Assembly: GCF_001194135.2 (NCBI RefSeq)
Contig: NC_068993.1
Location: 20,842,570-20,906,569 of the forward strand
DNA: 64,000 bases
Source: Octopus bimaculoides
Lineage: Eukaryota
Reading direction: 5' to 3'
Under the pieces are notes generated by a model, which worked only from the letters and a program-made list of their open reading frames with translations, was not told the DNA's origin and made no database searches. Positions 38,667-53,400 of this stretch are shown in pieces; position 1 is the first letter of the stretch; each line of letters opens with the position of its first letter. A program made the position numbers and the translations under genes.

Positions 38667-39400
38667 TATAGGCATAGGGCATGAAATTTTGAAGTGGGGT
38701 GCTTGTCGCTTACATCGAGCCCAGTGCTTGACCCCGGAAGTATGAAATAATATTGGTTTCGAATTTTGGCACAAGGCCAGTAATTTCGGATGAGGATTTA
38801 AGGCGGTTACATCAACCCCCAGTGCTTAACTGGTACTAATTTCATCGACCCCGAAAAGATGAATGCAAACTCGACCTCGGCGGAATTTGAGCACCGAACG
38901 TAAAGACTGTCGAAATGTTGCTAAGCATTTTATATGTCAGCTCACCGCCTTCAGCGATGTTTATATGTAGAATGGTTTCAGATTTTGGCACAAGGCCAGT
39001 AATTTCGGGAAGATGGTAAGTCGATTACTTCGATCACAGTGAAGAACTGGTACTTGTTTTTTCGACCCCCGAGAGGTTGAAAAGCAAAGTCGACCTCGGT
39101 GGAATTTGAACTCGGAACGGAAAGACGGACGAAATGCCGCTAAGCATTTTGTACGGTGTGCTAACGATTCTACCAGCTCGCTACCTTATTGATTATAGCA
39201 ATAGTAAGGAGGGCTGATAGAAACGCGAGTGCATCGTACAAAAGACTGCGATATATGCTCCAGCGCTTTTTGTGTTCTGAGCTCAAAATCCTTCGAGTTC
39301 AACTTTGCCTTTCATCCTTCCGGAATATCGCAAGTCAAGTACTGGTATCGAATTAACTGACCAGCCTCTTCCACTAGGCTTGTGCTCTTCTGTCTATGTT
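38667..39400. mobile_element. Cluster of family B SINEs (minus 38751-38950, minus 38972-39186, diverged plus 39200-39400, 3' fragment at 38667)
   Basis: Repeated family B body motifs. Confidence 0.82.
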
Positions 39401-39519
39401 AGAAACAATGTTAATGACAGAATCATCATCATCATCATTATTTTTCACTATTGAATGTTGGATGCATCCAGTTAACGGTTGGATCCATCGTGAACATCGC
39501 TCCACCGCAATCATTTGGC

Positions 39520-39990
39520 TAGGAAGGACAGGTTGTTTTCTTCTGCCTGTTGGGTTTGGCGAAAGAGGTCGTGAGGCGAATGAACTGAAGACCGAGAGTG
39601 AAAGGACTGAGGTCTGACCCTTTCCTTTTCGGCCAAATTCTTAACATTTTAACATTCCATTTAAGATTAAAGCTAAAAATGGAAAAGGTAGTGCCGTAAA
39701 TGTGTTTTAAATGTAGGTGACTGTGGCAATGTTGGCCTGGGTGAGTGAGCCAAATTTAAACTTGTACCTGTAGGATGAAGGCAATGGATGGGAGAAGAGC
39801 ATCCCTTTGTGGTGCCTTAGTGGTCAGGATGATCCAGAGTGAGAGGGTTTCCTTGGCAACCACTTTGTTGTAACTAGTTCTCTTGTTGATTGTTATTGTT
39901 ATATTGTTTACACATGTAAATGTAAATCCTCACTAGCCTTTGTTATTGTAATGTCTTAAATGTTATTTTGGCCTTTGTGACTAACAAAGA
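39520..39990 (+). mobile_element. L1/Tx1-type ORF2 C-terminus plus 3' UTR
   Basis: CLLGLAKEVV...KGL...FLFGQILNILTFHLRLKLKMEK...VTVAMLAWV...L*. It aligns by eye to the independent copy at the window end. Confidence 0.6.
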
Positions 39991-40009
39991 AGGTATTATT
40001 AGTAATAGT

Positions 40010-40600
<591 letters not shown>

Positions 40601-40869
40601 TATTATTAGCGACAACAGCAGCAAGAGCAGCACTGGTAGTAGTAGTAGTAGTTGTTAATGTTTAAGCCTAAACTGAGGCCTGATCAGAAACTATCGAGCC
40701 GCAACAGTCTCGTGTTTTCAGACGTAATTGAGACTAAATGGTAATATGCTTATTGTTGCAAATGAAAATAATTAATTATGATTATTTTTACAGTTAGGGG
40801 ATTATTTTTACAGTTAGGGGATTTAAATAGAAGAACAGACCCCCCACTGCCAGAAACAACCTCACTTTC

Positions 40870-41130
40870 AATTTTCTTGCAAACTTTGAACTCCATACCC
40901 TTCTCAATTTATGCCTTGCGCTCCTGGCAAGAGCTTTCCTTACTACGATGTCTTTCTCAGTACTTTGTGTCCACGCACCAAAGTATTTGAAATTTTCAAC
41001 TACACTGAGCGACTTTCTGTCTCTCACTTTCACTGACACAGGCATTTCGTGGTTGAATACTTGCAGCTCTGTTTTCTTTGCGTTATGGTACAGTCCTACA
41101 ATCCCCGATTCTTTTGATACCACCTCATTG
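40870..41130 (-). mobile_element. RTE-clade LINE reverse transcriptase fragment
   Basis: ESGIVGLYHNAKKTE...VVENFKYFGAWTQSTEKDIVVRKALA...KLRRVWSSK matches the RT thumb GLxINxKKT...FKYLG pattern. Confidence 0.75.
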
Positions 41131-41619
41131 TTTTAATAATGTCTTTGGATAAGCAGAGTCTATCATATTCAGGGCCAATATATACACCGGCCTTCAAAAT
41201 GTTGCTGGCCTTCTAAAAAGAATAATCAGTAGCGCAGGTAGGGAATAGTTGTGGTGAGAGTGTGGTCCGCTCCAGGTGAGGCTTTTATGGGGAAGGAGCA
41301 CTGTAAGACCTGCTTTATAAGCTTGTAAAGGGGGCGGAGAGATGATGCAAACTCAAGGGCTTCCACAAGTTTCACTCACTAACTACGTCACCGAAAATAA
41401 TGTTCACATAAAATGAAAAAGTAAATTAATCCCCTCACACTCGTGCGCATGATCACACACACACGCGCACGCTTATTGCATGTATATACATTCTGGGCAT
41501 TTCATACATCAAATAACTAGTTCCCAATTCACACAGTCACGTGAGTCCTCCAATTTGTTCTTCCTGCCAAATTAAGTAAAACGCCGTCATGCATACCTAT
41601 ACACTGTGTATAGGTATGC

Positions 41620-41811
41620 TGGCAGCTGGCAGAACCGTTAGCACACCGTTCTGAGTTCAAATTCCGCCGAAGTCGACTTTACCTTTCATCCTTTCGGGGT
41701 CGATTAAATACGTACCAGTTACGCACTGGGGTCGATATAATCGACTTGATCCGTTTGTCTGTCCTTGTTTGTCCCCTCTGTGTGTAGTCCCTTGTGGGTA
41801 GTAAAGAAATA
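41620..41811 (+). mobile_element. Family B SINE, variant tail, 11-bp TSD
   Basis: TSD ATACCTATACA at 41593-41603 and 41812-41822. Confidence 0.88.
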
Positions 41812-42199
41812 ATACCTATACAATGTTTTCGCTTTGGGGATATCAAATACCTTTCAAACATATTTAGATGCTATAGATATTAAATAAGTTTCCGCTAATT
41901 AATATTTTCTTCTGTCAAATTTTGCCAAAAGATGTACCAAACGTGTCCTGCCTTTCATGGGAGCCACTGTGTTTCCGCCACAGGAGAGGCCGATAAGTTC
42001 TTGAATACTTCCATACGCACATTGACTTTGCATCATTTTGCTGTCTTTTTACCTTCCGAGGACAATAAAATAGAAGCAGTCAGATACTTGTGACTTTCTA
42101 GAAAAATTTTCAGAGCATCGCTCGCAGCATTAATATAAACCTGAATCTATGGCGCAATTCCTAATAAATTCTCTATTCTTACTGCTTACTTGTGAGTGT

Positions 42200-42790
<591 letters not shown>

Positions 42791-44956
42791 GTTTTTGTCT
42801 AATTACCTGTCTTGTACTCACCAAAAATGTACGCAAACACATATATAAGGTAGTTTCAACATAAACCAGTGTTTCGGAATGTGTGTAGATATCTGAATGC
42901 CTACAGGTACACACAAAATTGCGCAAGCTTACTAATGTAGATTATTTTTATCAAGGGATTTAAGAACCAGCTGTTATTAACCAAACTCTTGAACTGTAAT
43001 ATATCATATACAACCACAATTTCTGTGAAGCTGTGTCACTCTCCAAATATGTACTGAATACGTAGAATTAGATCTTGCAGATATATAAAGTGACAGAGAA
43101 TTATTTATGCGACAGGGAAACAATCTTTAAAATTTTGAACGGATGATAAGCGTAAGAGACTAGAACAAAACCGGAAATGAAAGAGAGAATATCACTGCAG
43201 GAAACTGAAAATGTGATACGATATACTCATACAAAATTAAGAAACGAAACGAATCTAGACTAGCAAAATATAGGTGTTAGTCAAAGTTTATATAGCACCT
43301 CACTTCAAACATGGCTGATAACGTGTATTCGTACCTGAAATATTACAGGTGAAGGTCTGATTAGGGGATTTTGTGAAAGACTATCAAATGCCCAAGCATC
43401 TGCCTTCTTACTCCACGTCACTGATGATGGCCAAGGAAAAGATTAGACCAAAGCAGCTTAGTATCAATGTCATTGTGGACGTGGCCCACCATAATGCGAA
43501 GAACCAGAAAGGATACGGACACGTTAACAGCTCCATCAATCCATCGCCTTAGATTGGGATGAATTATCGACCCCGATGGGATGAAAGGCAAAACTTACGA
43601 GGGCAGGGTTTTAACCCAGAGCACACAGTTGGAACAAATAACATTATGAAACGATGCGTTCTATCCAACGCGCAAACGACACTGCCAACGTGTGTGCCTA
43701 TGTGTGTGTCTGTTGTGTGAGTGCGTGCGTGTGTGTGAGTCTGCGCACGAATGTGTGTGTCTGTGCGCACACGTGTGTCTGAATCTGATTGCATATTATT
43801 ATTGAAGGCAAACAGGATTATATTTCTAAACGACGGTTTCGTTAAATCTTTTGGTCATTTGGTCGACTGTCTACATCAGTGGATTGGATCGAGAAAGAAT
43901 TACTGATTATGGTAGAAATTGCATTCGCAAATTTCAATGTGATCTCATGGTTCTTAAAGTCAACGGTTAATAATTATGCACCTAACGGGTCCTTTTAAAA
44001 CATGAGAAATAAACTTGGCATGTTTTAGATCGCAAGTTTATTCGTTTCTTTTATTGGAACTGGAACTGCCTGGAACATAATATGAAGTCTTTCCAAACTT
44101 CGATCCATTTTTATATGCGGGTGCTCTATCTCTTTATTTCTAAATATGCTTTGAAAGTGCTGTAGTTTTATTTAGATGTTGATGAAGCAATTACATGTTG
44201 TGATGATGCTGGTGACTTATGTACTAATGTTCTGTGAAACCAATATTGCTTGTTAATGTACTAGTAGTGGCGATATCATCATGACATGCAATGACGTTTT
44301 TATGTCTTTATCGCTTAGGAGGCAGAGTTTTATATTTTGGCAATTTCATACCAGTTCCTCTCGTTATTAATTTTGCAAATGAAATTTGATAGAGAAACTT
44401 TAAATGTCTGCCTAATTCAGTTGAACTTTATGAATATTAATAAGATATGCAGCAGGAATTAGTGGTGAAATAGAAAAAAGAATTATATTGATGCAGTCTC
44501 AGGATTTGATACATTTCATTCTACACGAAAATAAACATCACTTAGTTTAAAGTGACTACGTGGTCCTTTAAAGTCGACTGCCATTGACAATGAACTGAGA
44601 ACGTCAGTTTAAAGGGTTATGAAATATATTCTTGTATGTGTTGTCAGAACAAAGTTTGTTCGATTCACTTATTCAAGTTTAGGAGTAATGGTTAGTTTTA
44701 GGGCTGCACTTAAGATTAGGATCCTTTCGGATTGAACCTTCATGACATGATATGAAGCGGTGGCTGGGTGGAGGGAGCTCTCATTATAATTATATCATTA
44801 TTTTCTACACGAATTTATCTAGGTTTCTATTTTATTAATAGCATCAGAATGTGCGGATATATTCCTTGTAGTGGAAAATCATTTTCTTTTCAGCAAATCC
44901 TAAATGTCATTACGTATTACCTTCAATCACTCCCCATCTTTTAATTTTTGTGAAGT

Positions 44957-45365
44957 TTTTTACTTGTTTCTTTCATAAGACTGCGGCCATGCCGTGGCAC
45001 TGCTTTGAAGAATTCTTAGTCGAATGAATCAACCACAGTACTGTTTAAGCTTGGTACTTATTCTATCGGTCTCTTTAACCGAACCGCTCAGTTACGGGGA
45101 CGTAAACCTACCAAGTGGTGGTGGGTGGACAAACACAGACACAAAGACACACAATCGATGCATATATACATACATACATACACACACACATATATGAATA
45201 CGACGGGCATCTTCCAGTTTCTTTTTACCAAATTCAATCACAAGGCTTTGGTCAGGCCCAGGGCTACAGTAGAAGAACTATAGTAGAAGGCGCCACGCAG
45301 TGAGACTGAACCCAGAATCATGTGGTTGGAAATCAAACTGCTGACTACACAACCACACCTGCGCC
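44957..45365 (-). mobile_element. SINE family C, full length, diverged
   Basis: Tail, GAACCGCTCAGTTACGGGGACG, internal (CATA)n, and head CAACCACACCTGCGCC. Confidence 0.82.
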
Positions 45366-45699
45366 TTTACAATCTCTTCCGACAGTGTCTAGAGAGCCTC
45401 GAGTTGGAGGCATGACATATGTATGCTGTGTTGTTCTTGTGCAGCTCCAGTTAAGCTGTAATGGAAAAGACTTATGACTAAAGATAATTCAGTATATATT
45501 TAAGCACACGAGTTCATATGCCCGCCCAAGTATGCATCAATGTTTATGTTGTTACACGTAGCCTAGCGTTTTGACAACTAAGGGTAATAAACTAAAAGAT
45601 ACAGTGAAATAAGCATTGGAAACCCTGCTATTGCGTGCACACCTATATGATAGTGACTAAAACACAGTTTCAACAATGAACCTCATTATGATTTTCAGA

Positions 45700-46045
45700 T
45701 ACTGGTTTCAAATTCTGGCACAAAGCAAGCGATTTCGGGGCAACGGGTAAGTTGATCACACCGACCCCAGTGTTCAAATGGTTCTTATTTTATCGACTGA
45801 CAAGAATTTGAAATCAGGAGGTAAAGGCGGACGAAATGCCACTACGCATTTTGTCCGGCAGGCTAACGTGTCTGCCAACTCACGGCCTTAATTGATTGAC
45901 ATATTTGCAATCACATATTGACGTAGAAGAATGAAAGACACAAACAATCTCGGCGGAATTTGAACTCAGAACGGAGAGACAGACGAAATGCTACTCCGCA
46001 TTTTGACCGCCAAGCTATCAATTCAGCCAGCTCTACCGCCTTAAA
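45700..46045 (-). mobile_element. Two family B SINE copies or fragments
   Basis: TGGTTTCAAATTCTGGCAC...GACGAAATGCC; CTCGGCGGAATTTGAACTCAGAAC. Confidence 0.75.
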
Positions 46046-46655
46046 TGATTAACAAATATTGCAATTACTATGTCTGCTGTAGCTTGAATTTGATAATCAC
46101 CAATTAATTTCATTAACTCGTTTTTGCCTCCTACTCTTTTTTTTCTTTGCATCTATATCTAATTTAAAGCTGCCGGGAAATATATATATGTGTATTACTA
46201 TTATTTCTTATCCAGATGGTGGGTATGCCTGAAAGACTGCTTGGGGTTTGGTATGGCAGTAGAAAACTGGTGAAGGTACAATTCTAGACGACCAGGAGGC
46301 GAAAAAGCTGGTGAGTTGATATTAGATAGAAACATACAAAGAAGGTGGGGATGGGCGAGTAGAAATAGATAGAGCAGAAGGAGTGAAGTTTATCAGAATT
46401 TATTACTTTCAGCTGATGTAATTATATATTGTATGTATGTATGTATGTATAAATGTATGTATGTATGTATGTATGTATGTATGTATATATGTATGTATGT
46501 ATGCATGCTTGTTTGTATGTATGCATGCATGTATGTATGCATGCATGTGTGTATGCATGCATGTATGTATGTATGTATGTATGTATGTATACACACGCAC
46601 ACACACATTCGTGAAAATCTCTTTCCGTGGATATTTGAGATACCTTCTCAGTTAT

Positions 46656-46802
46656 AGGCGAAGGCGTGGCTGTGTGGTAAGAAGTTTGCATCCCGGCAAC
46701 ATGGTTCCGGGTTAGGTCCCACTGCGTGGCATGTCTTCTACTATAGCCTCGGCCCTACTACCTTGTGAGTGGATTTGTAAATAGGAACTCAAAGAATCTT
46801 GT

Positions 46803-46805
<3 letters not shown>
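46656..46805 (+). mobile_element. SINE family C 5' half
   Basis: GGCGTGGCTGTGTGGTAAGAAGTTTGC...GGTTCCGGGTT...CTATAGCCTCGG. Confidence 0.82.
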
Positions 46806-46841
<36 letters not shown>

Positions 46842-46919
46842 TATTTGAGGACATACCTTTTGGGGGTCATTGCTGCATTTTTTACTATCTCTCTATAACC
46901 TTTATTTAAAAAAATAATA

Positions 46920-47901
46920 ATGGCAGACCCTCAGCTTACTCAAGAAATGAAGAGGTATGCTGTTATTATGGTTATAAAGGCTGAGCATAACGGTTTAGAG
47001 TTGCCAGGTCTTGCATCTACAAAATTTGTAAGGAAATAGAGACTGAAGATGGAAACGTATTAGCAGTATCAACATATATAAAGCATTCTAAACGTTCTAA
47101 AATCATCAGAACACCTTAATTTATCCAGCAGGTTCAACAGACCATTGATTACAATCCCAGAAAGTCCATGAGGTCAATTGCAAAAGATCTCCATTTGTGA
47201 GAAGCAACAGTCAGAAATGTCCATTTCCTTATATGATAAGTAAAGATTAATTTATCAGAAAAAGCAAAAGAAAATTACTACATCAGATCTAAAAGGCTCT
47301 TTAACAAACTGAAAAATCCAGCAGAAGAAGATTTGACCAAGATCAAAAAGTTAACAGAGGAAATGACAGATAGTTATGTGTAGATCCTTCTGAAGTTCCA
47401 AGTGGTATGCATACAAAATTTAATGCAACTGTCATGGTTTTAGGGGTTGTCAGCAATGAAGGGCATGAGATGCCTCCTTACTTCTTTCAACAAGCCCTCA
47501 GAGTTAATTCTGACACCTACATTGAGGTCCTGGAAATGATTGTTAAACCCTGATAGACAGTGCATGCAATGGAAGGCCATATGTGTTTCATTAAGACTCT
47601 GCACTACCTACCACACACGGCTCTAGTAACACAGGAATGGATGGCTGAAGATTTTCATGATCGCATAACCCCTAATATTTGGTCTCCTAATTCGCCATAT
47701 CTCAATCCATTAGACTATTACATGTGGAGTGTTGTTGAGAGAGAGGTCAATGAACACGCCCATAACACCAAAGATTCTTTGAAAGCTGCCATAGTCAGAG
47801 TAATGTCCAAAATGAACCAGGACCACTTGATTCGAGCATGTAAATGATTTAGATCTCATATAGAAGCAGTTGTTGAAGCTGAAGGTGGCCTTATTGAATA
47901 A
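46920..47901 (+). pseudogene. DD37D (maT/Bmmar1-like) transposase pseudogene
   Basis: Remnants NPRKSMRSIAKDL, TKFNATVMVLGVVSNEG, and TQEWMAEDFHDRITPNIWSPNSPYLNPLDYYMWSVVE...IEAVVEAEGGLIE*. About 37-residue D-to-D spacing; many stops and frameshifts; TIRs not identified. Confidence 0.85.
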
Positions 47902-48879
47902 CATGATATAAAAGATGGTTTATTATTATCCTCATAGCATTTTTGATAGATGAAGTTATTATCTGTTAGGAGGAATTTCAACCATGTTTCGTGGTCTGCT
48001 ACCACAACAGCTCCTTTATAGGATCCAGTTAGCTCAAGACATCATCAGGAGGAACCACGTCCGGTTTCGGCCCCTACTCCTCTGCCGTTTTGACGTGGCG
48101 GGGCCCCTCCTTTCGGAGGTGTCTTCAGCTCTGGTGTTGGGTGCATGTCTTCTTTCACTGTTTGTGACTGTTCTAATTCAACTGTGGAATGTCCCTCGCT
48201 ATGGTTATTTTCCAGGAGGTTCTGGCCACACGTCTTACGGTTCATCANNNNNNNNNNNNNNNNNNNNNNNNNNNNNNNNNNNNNNNNNNNNNNNNNNNNN
48301 NNNNNNNNNNNNNNNNNNNNNNNNNNNNNNNNNNNNNNNNNNNNNNNNNNNNNNNNNNNNNNNNNNNNNNNNNNNNNNNNNNNNNNNNNNNNNNNNNNNN
48401 NNNNNNNNNNNNNNNNNNNNNNNNNNNNNNNNNNNNNNNNNNNNNNNNNNNNNNNNNNNNNNNNNNNNNNNNNNNNNNNNNNNNNNNNNNNNNNNNNNNN
48501 NNNNNNNNNNNNNNNNNNNNNNNNNNNNNNNNNNNNNNNNNNNNNNNNNNNNNNNNNNNNNNNNNNNNNNNNNNNNNNNNNNNNNNNNNNNNNNNNNNNN
48601 NNNNNNNNNNNNNNNNNNNNNNNNNNNNNNNNNNNNNNNNNNNNNNNNNNNNNNNNNNNNNNNNNNNNNNNNNNNNNNNNNNNNNNNNNNNNNNNNNNNN
48701 NNNNNNNNNNNNNNNNNNNNNNNNNNNNNNNNNNNNNNNNNNNNNNNNNNNNNNNNNNNNNNNNNNNNNNNNNNNNNNNNNNNNNNNNNNNNNNNNNNNN
48801 NNNNNNNNNNNNNNNNNNNNNNNNNNNNNNNNNNNAAGGCTTCCAAACAAAAAAAAAAAACAAAAAACAGAAATAAGTA

Positions 48880-48965
48880 ATATGGTCGATTCAGTCGACT
48901 AAAGAATTCTTCAAGGCGGTGCCCCTGCATGGCCAGGATCAAATGACTGAAACAAATAAAAAAAG
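48880..48965 (+). mobile_element. SINE family C 3' end
   Basis: GGTCGATTCAGTCGACTAAAGAATTCTTCAAGGCGGTGC...AAATGACTGAAAC. Confidence 0.72.
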
Positions 48966-49071
48966 AAAATAGAGAAAGATACAGAATAAAAAATAAACAA
49001 ATATTTGTTTATTGAGTTCTACTCCTGTTTGTAAGAACAATCGTGTGTGTGTGCGTGTGGTTGGTGTGTGT

Positions 49072-49112
<41 letters not shown>

Positions 49113-49487
49113 TTGGGGTATAACTTCACTGAGGTGCTAGATTAACAAAAGTAAGATTACAAGTATGACTTTCAGTGCTTCGTCGGAATTATCTTATTAT
49201 GATGTTCCTAATTCATTCTACAGTTTATCGACAAAACTAGAATATGTTGGTGACAATAGAGCATCCAGACTGAATAAGCCCTTTACCGTTCAAGGGTGAA
49301 TCTCTCACCTGGTATATCACTTGGGACACATTCACCGATGCTAACCTGGTTGCTTCAGCTGTAAACCCGTAAGGGACCGGAAGATGACGTAATACTAATT
49401 ATAAACAGACAAATTCTTTGCCGTGTCATTCGTCGCTATGGAAACTTTCAGGATGCTCAGACTCCGGACTACCGTTTCCTCTGTAGT

Positions 49488-49687
49488 ATTGGTTTCAAAT
49501 TATAGCACAAGATCAGCGCTAAGTCAATTACATCGACCCAAGCACAAATGGTACTTATTTTATCGAGGCTGAAAGGATAAAAAGTAAAGTGCACTTCAGC
49601 GGTAATTGAACTCAGAGCATAAAGACGGACGAAACGCTGATAAGCATTTGGCCCGGCGTGCTAGCGATTCTGCCAGCCTGCCGCCTT
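49488..49687 (-). mobile_element. Family B SINE
   Basis: TATTGGTTTCAAATT...CATCGACCC...GATTCTGCCAGCCTGCCGCCT. Confidence 0.82.
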
Positions 49688-49832
49688 GGTTTGTCTTCAT
49701 AATATTGAGATGAAGACGATGGTGTCAGAAAAAAAAGCTCCGTGAGATAAAGTCAGTCAGTTATAGACAACATTGCTTTTGTAGTTTTGTAACTGGGGCG
49801 AGCATGGGTAAAGTCATTCCAGTGGTAGACAT

Positions 49833-50015
49833 GGGTGTGTGTTTAAGAAGCTCTCATTACCCCCGTATGGTTTCGGGTTCAGTCCCACAGTGCGGCACCT
49901 TGGGCAAGTGTCTTCTTCTCTTCTGCCTTTGACAAGTGAATGTGTTCGGTCAACTGAATTTTTGAGGAAGCTCGTCGTGTATGAGCGTGTGTGTGTTTGT
50001 GCCTCTGTTTGTCAG
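49833..50015 (+). mobile_element. SINE family C 5' half
   Basis: GGGTTCAGTCCCACAGTGCGGCACCTTGGGCAAGTGTCTTC. Confidence 0.72.
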
Positions 50016-50280
50016 ACGAAATTACTTTTAAGTAAATGCGTTCCCTTTCTCATGTCAGAATAACGGAAGAGAATAATAGTCACTTCAGGTGTTGGGGCAT
50101 GGGCTGTTGCAGTGCCTTGCTGATTTTATCACTCATCGCTATAATACCGGATGATCCATTGAGCAGAGTCTCAGTCAGACTCTATCTCCGCAAGATACCT
50201 CCTCATCTGTCAGGACCATGTGATATGTGGTCGACCAACATTAGCCGTCAGTCCAGCCGGTGCTTTCAGTCAAGTGAACA

Positions 50281-50664
50281 TGGTTGGCCCTCCGTCGGTT
50301 ACGACGACGAGGGTTCCAGTTGATCCGATCACGGAACAGCCTGCTCGTGAAATTAACGTGCAAGTGCCTGAGCACTCCACAGACACGTGTACCATTAACG
50401 TAGTTCTCGGGGAGATTCAGCGTGACACAGAGTGTGACAAAGCTGGCCCTTTGAAATACAGGTACAACAGAAGCAGGAAGTAAGAGTGAGAGAAAGTTGT
50501 GGTGGAAGAGTACAGCAGGGTTTGCCACCATCCTCTGCCGCAGCCTCGTGGAGCTTTAGGTGTTTTCGCTCAATAAACGCTCATAATGCCCGGTCTGGGA
50601 ATCGAAACCGCGATCCTACGACCGCGAGTCTGCTGACCTAACCACTGGACCATTGCGCCTCCAC
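50281..50664 (-). mobile_element. SINE family A, full length
   Basis: Near-identical to the 23055 copy; 10-bp TSD CAAGTGAACA (50271-50280, 50665-50674). Confidence 0.93.
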
Positions 50665-51027
50665 CAAGTGAACACGGTAAGCAGAGTTTAGCTTGAAAAT
50701 AACATGGCTAAACAGTTTAGCATGTTACCTGTTATGTTACTTGTCTGATTCGGAAGAGATCGAACATTCTGTTTCTAACACGCTGTATAATTCTAAATTA
50801 TGAAATAAAGATTGTTAAATGCAGCAAGGTAAGACACTTTTCTCGCGACAGCCTCTCGTGCTTGCTAATCTGTCACGCTGTGGAACGAGAATGGTAAACG
50901 TGTGTTGCACAAGAGAGAGAAAGAGAGGAAGATTCAAACAAACGCTGTTGGAACAAAACCTCACGCACAAATTTTTTCTCTTTCAATCAATCAATTTATC
51001 TATATACCTTTCAATCTCTCTCTCTCC

Positions 51028-51099
<72 letters not shown>

Positions 51100-51129
51100 A
51101 TATTTATCTATCCATCTATCTACGTACAC

Positions 51130-51270
51130 CATCATTACGTTCCGTGTTCAAATCCCACCGAAGTCGACTTCCACTTTCATCCTTTCGCGATCGATGAAAT
51201 AAGTACCAGTTGAGCTCTGGGGTCGATGTAATTAACTAGCCCCCTCACCCGAAATTTCAGGCCTTGTACC
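51130..51270 (+). mobile_element. Family B SINE 3' part
   Basis: GTTCAAATCCCACCGAAGTCGACTT...GGGGTCGATGTAATT...GAAATTTCAGGCCTTG. Confidence 0.75.
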
Positions 51271-51301
51271 TTTTCAAGAAAGAATTATTTTGTGCTAAAA
51301 T

Positions 51302-51344
<43 letters not shown>

Positions 51345-52229
51345 AAGAGAAGGATATTCTGCCGAACGCTACGGCAGACAAGTTTTCTTCCTCCTTTCTC
51401 TCTGTCTATCTATCTATCTATCTATCTATCTTTTTATCTATCCAACTCCTCCCGTCTACGATTGCATTAAAATGCTAACGAGATAAGAGAGAGGGGAGAG
51501 GGAAAGAGAGAGAGAGAGAGAGAGTGAGAGAGAGAGTGAGAGAGAGAGTGAGAGAGAAAATTAGAGAGAAAGAGATTCAAACGAACGCTGCTGGTACATT
51601 ATAGTGCTTAGGAGATGATAAAAGTGTGTGAGATACAGAGAGTGAGAGAGACTAGAGACTGAGGTGGGGAAGAAAGAAAGAAAGAAAGAAAGAAGGAAGA
51701 GAGGAAGAAAAAAGAAAGAAAGGAAGGAAGAAAGAAAGAAAGAAAGAAAGAGAGAAAGATAGATAGATAGATAGATTCTGGCGAACGCTATTCGCGCATA
51801 CACGCTCATACACGTGCAAACGCTACTGGTGCACACACGTAGACGTACACACACACACACAGCGACAACGATTAGGTGTGTGTGTGTGTCTGTGTCTGTG
51901 CATGCGTGCATGTGTATGTGTAATTAGGTACTGTATATATTGTTTCTATGGATAAACATGACTTATAAATACATTTAAAATGTCATGCTGCTCTTCACAA
52001 TATGGTTGCTGTAATTCTACAGGGTCAGCTACATATAAGTATTAATTTTACAATCTTAATAGTTTATTACGTATATATTTATAACAGAAGCTGCTTACTT
52101 TCGCTATGAACTTTAGTATTACAAAACCATCACATACAAGGAAAGATTGCTCTCTGTCTCAATGGACCATCGCTCACGCACACACACATGCACATACATA
52201 GTCTCACATATAATATGATGGTAACATCA

Positions 52230-52760
52230 CGTTAACGAATATATTTGGATATTCACATATGAAAGGGCAAAGCTTCTTTGTATAAGCAACAGAAGGAAAA
52301 GAAAAATGTTTGGATATCTATGGTGACTTTATGGGTATAACAAGATTCACGTATAAATACAATAGCACTGAAATATCTGGAAAAGATTTCTTAAAAACCA
52401 TAAGACACACACTTTGTATCTCTGTAAGCACACTTCTACATTCAGACGGTCAAGAAAAAGTATGTACCCTCATGGAGGTTAACTGTCCTTCTGATGTGAA
52501 TATCTCTCTCGAAAAATCGAAGTGAAAGAGGACAGCTATGGATAACTGCTTCGAAACCTTCAGCCTGTATATCCAGAGTATAAATTCACGTTCATACCAA
52601 TAATTAGTGCTCCTGGTTTTGTGAATAAATACCTAAGTGACAATCTAGATAAGCTTAGGTTTTCAGAAAAAGAAATCAACTAATTAACTCGTACATTACA
52701 AAGAAAACCTGAAAGTGGAACATTAGAAGTGTGCAAGACATTCACGAGTTTAAAATGTGA
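52230..52760 (+). mobile_element. Decayed restriction-like-endonuclease LINE 3' end (lineage distinct from the 31680 copy)
   Basis: KVCTLMEVNCPSDVNI...SYG*LLRNLQ..YPEYKFTFIPII-SAPGFV...LEVCKTF resembles the E-x-CP-D-N / KY / PIIxGALG pattern of RLE domains. Confidence 0.6.
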
Positions 52761-53214
52761 CTTTGTTTTGGATATCTACATTCCAACGATGGAGCTTTGT
52801 ATCTTTGTTAGAAAGCAATTCCTTCCTCAGAGGAAATCTTTTAATAATTAACAACAGAAGAGTACAAACATACATACATACATACATACATACATACATA
52901 CATACATACGTACGTACGTACGTACGTAATACGTACATACACCACACTCTGACACACATGCACATATATAATTTATATTATAGACTGAGCCGAGAATGTC
53001 ACCATACTAGCGTTTATGAAACAATCTTCTTTTTATTATAAGCAAGGATCATTGACAAAATTATCAGCGGAAATTGGTGGTTGTATATTCCCGCTAATAA
53101 AGAGGTATGTTTCAGGTGCTTCTAAAATAATGTTATTTCAAATATTAGATATCTCTTACACCGCAGAACATAGCAATAAAACTCACCATATCCATAATCC
53201 TTTCTACTATAGGT

Positions 53215-53400
53215 GTAAATCCTGAAGTCGATGACATCGACTCCAGTGCCGAGCTGGTGCTTATTTCATCGACTCCAAAAGGATGAGAAGTAAAGTCGAC
53301 CTCGGCAGAATTTGAACTCAAAAGTAAAGACAATCGCAATGCCGCTAAGTCTTTTGTCGTGGTATGTTCATGATTCTGCCAGCTATCGATCAACATGATC
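53215..53400 (-). mobile_element. Family B SINE
   Basis: AAAGTCGACCTCGGCAGAATTTGAACTC...GATTCTGCCAGCT. Confidence 0.75.

Noticed and set aside
43100-43530. Possible RTE LINE C-terminal remnant
   Set aside because: There is only a vague resemblance with many stops, so it is not supportable.
48040-48247. GC-richer coding-like fragment next to a gap
   Set aside because: It is probably a retroelement ORF1 tail, but it is too short and has no diagnostic motif.
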